Source: Hydrolagus colliei (taxonomy: Eukaryota). Taken from it: a stretch of DNA of 64,000 bases. Under the pieces are notes generated by a model. That model searched no databases. It saw nothing but the letters and a program-made list of their open reading frames with translations, and was not told the DNA's origin. Every line of letters starts with the position of its first letter. The stretch's first letter is position 1. The position numbers were made by a program, and so were the translations under genes. The stretch covers positions 9,982,001-10,046,000 of the forward strand of contig CM068750.1 in assembly GCA_035084275.1 (NCBI GenBank), given 5' to 3'. Below are positions 63,771-64,000 of the stretch, piece by piece.

Positions 63771-64000
63771 GTATGAATGAGCCATTTTAAACAGTTTTGT
63801 ATCTTTTATTTTTTCAAAGATTTTGATCAGTTATAAATAGATACGAGATCAAATCAATTGTAATTTCTATGAACTGGTTAATACTGTGGAGCTTTGTAGC
63901 TGCGGTTTTTATACACTTTTAGTTTCTGGAGGCATGTAGATGGTTTATTTTTCCCAAGAGGGGTAAATAGAGTGGGGAGTCTGGAAGGAATGAAGGTGGG

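Overview
AT-rich vertebrate genomic DNA. The SINE, CR1 and Penelope-like repeat sequences suggest a cartilaginous fish, possibly a chimaera; this is an inference from recalled repeat consensus sequences. The only protein-coding gene I can support is DPH6 (ATPBD4, diphthine--ammonia ligase). Its first three coding exons lie on the + strand at 58946-58968, 60134-60228 and 63586-63770 with canonical GT-AG introns, and the gene continues past the window end. None of the supplied ORFs is a convincing protein. The ~57 kb upstream is a gene desert with tRNA-derived SINEs (two families plus many 3' tail-only remnants), decayed CR1/L2/Penelope fragments, and several repeat-free, homeodomain/TALE-motif-rich blocks that look like conserved non-coding enhancers. 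In human, the desert upstream of DPH6 runs toward CDIN1 and MEIS2. Directly upstream of DPH6 are a CpG-rich island, a 28-bp minisatellite and a (TA)n tract; intron 2 holds a TA-flanked MITE. I found no demonstrable new biological system. The best leads are a compact three-way-junction fold at 53738-53820, a duplicated palindromic element at 52129/53064, an inverted pair of posterior-Hox/Cdx sites at 13376-13397, decayed hammerhead-like cores, and the split promoter of DPH6.
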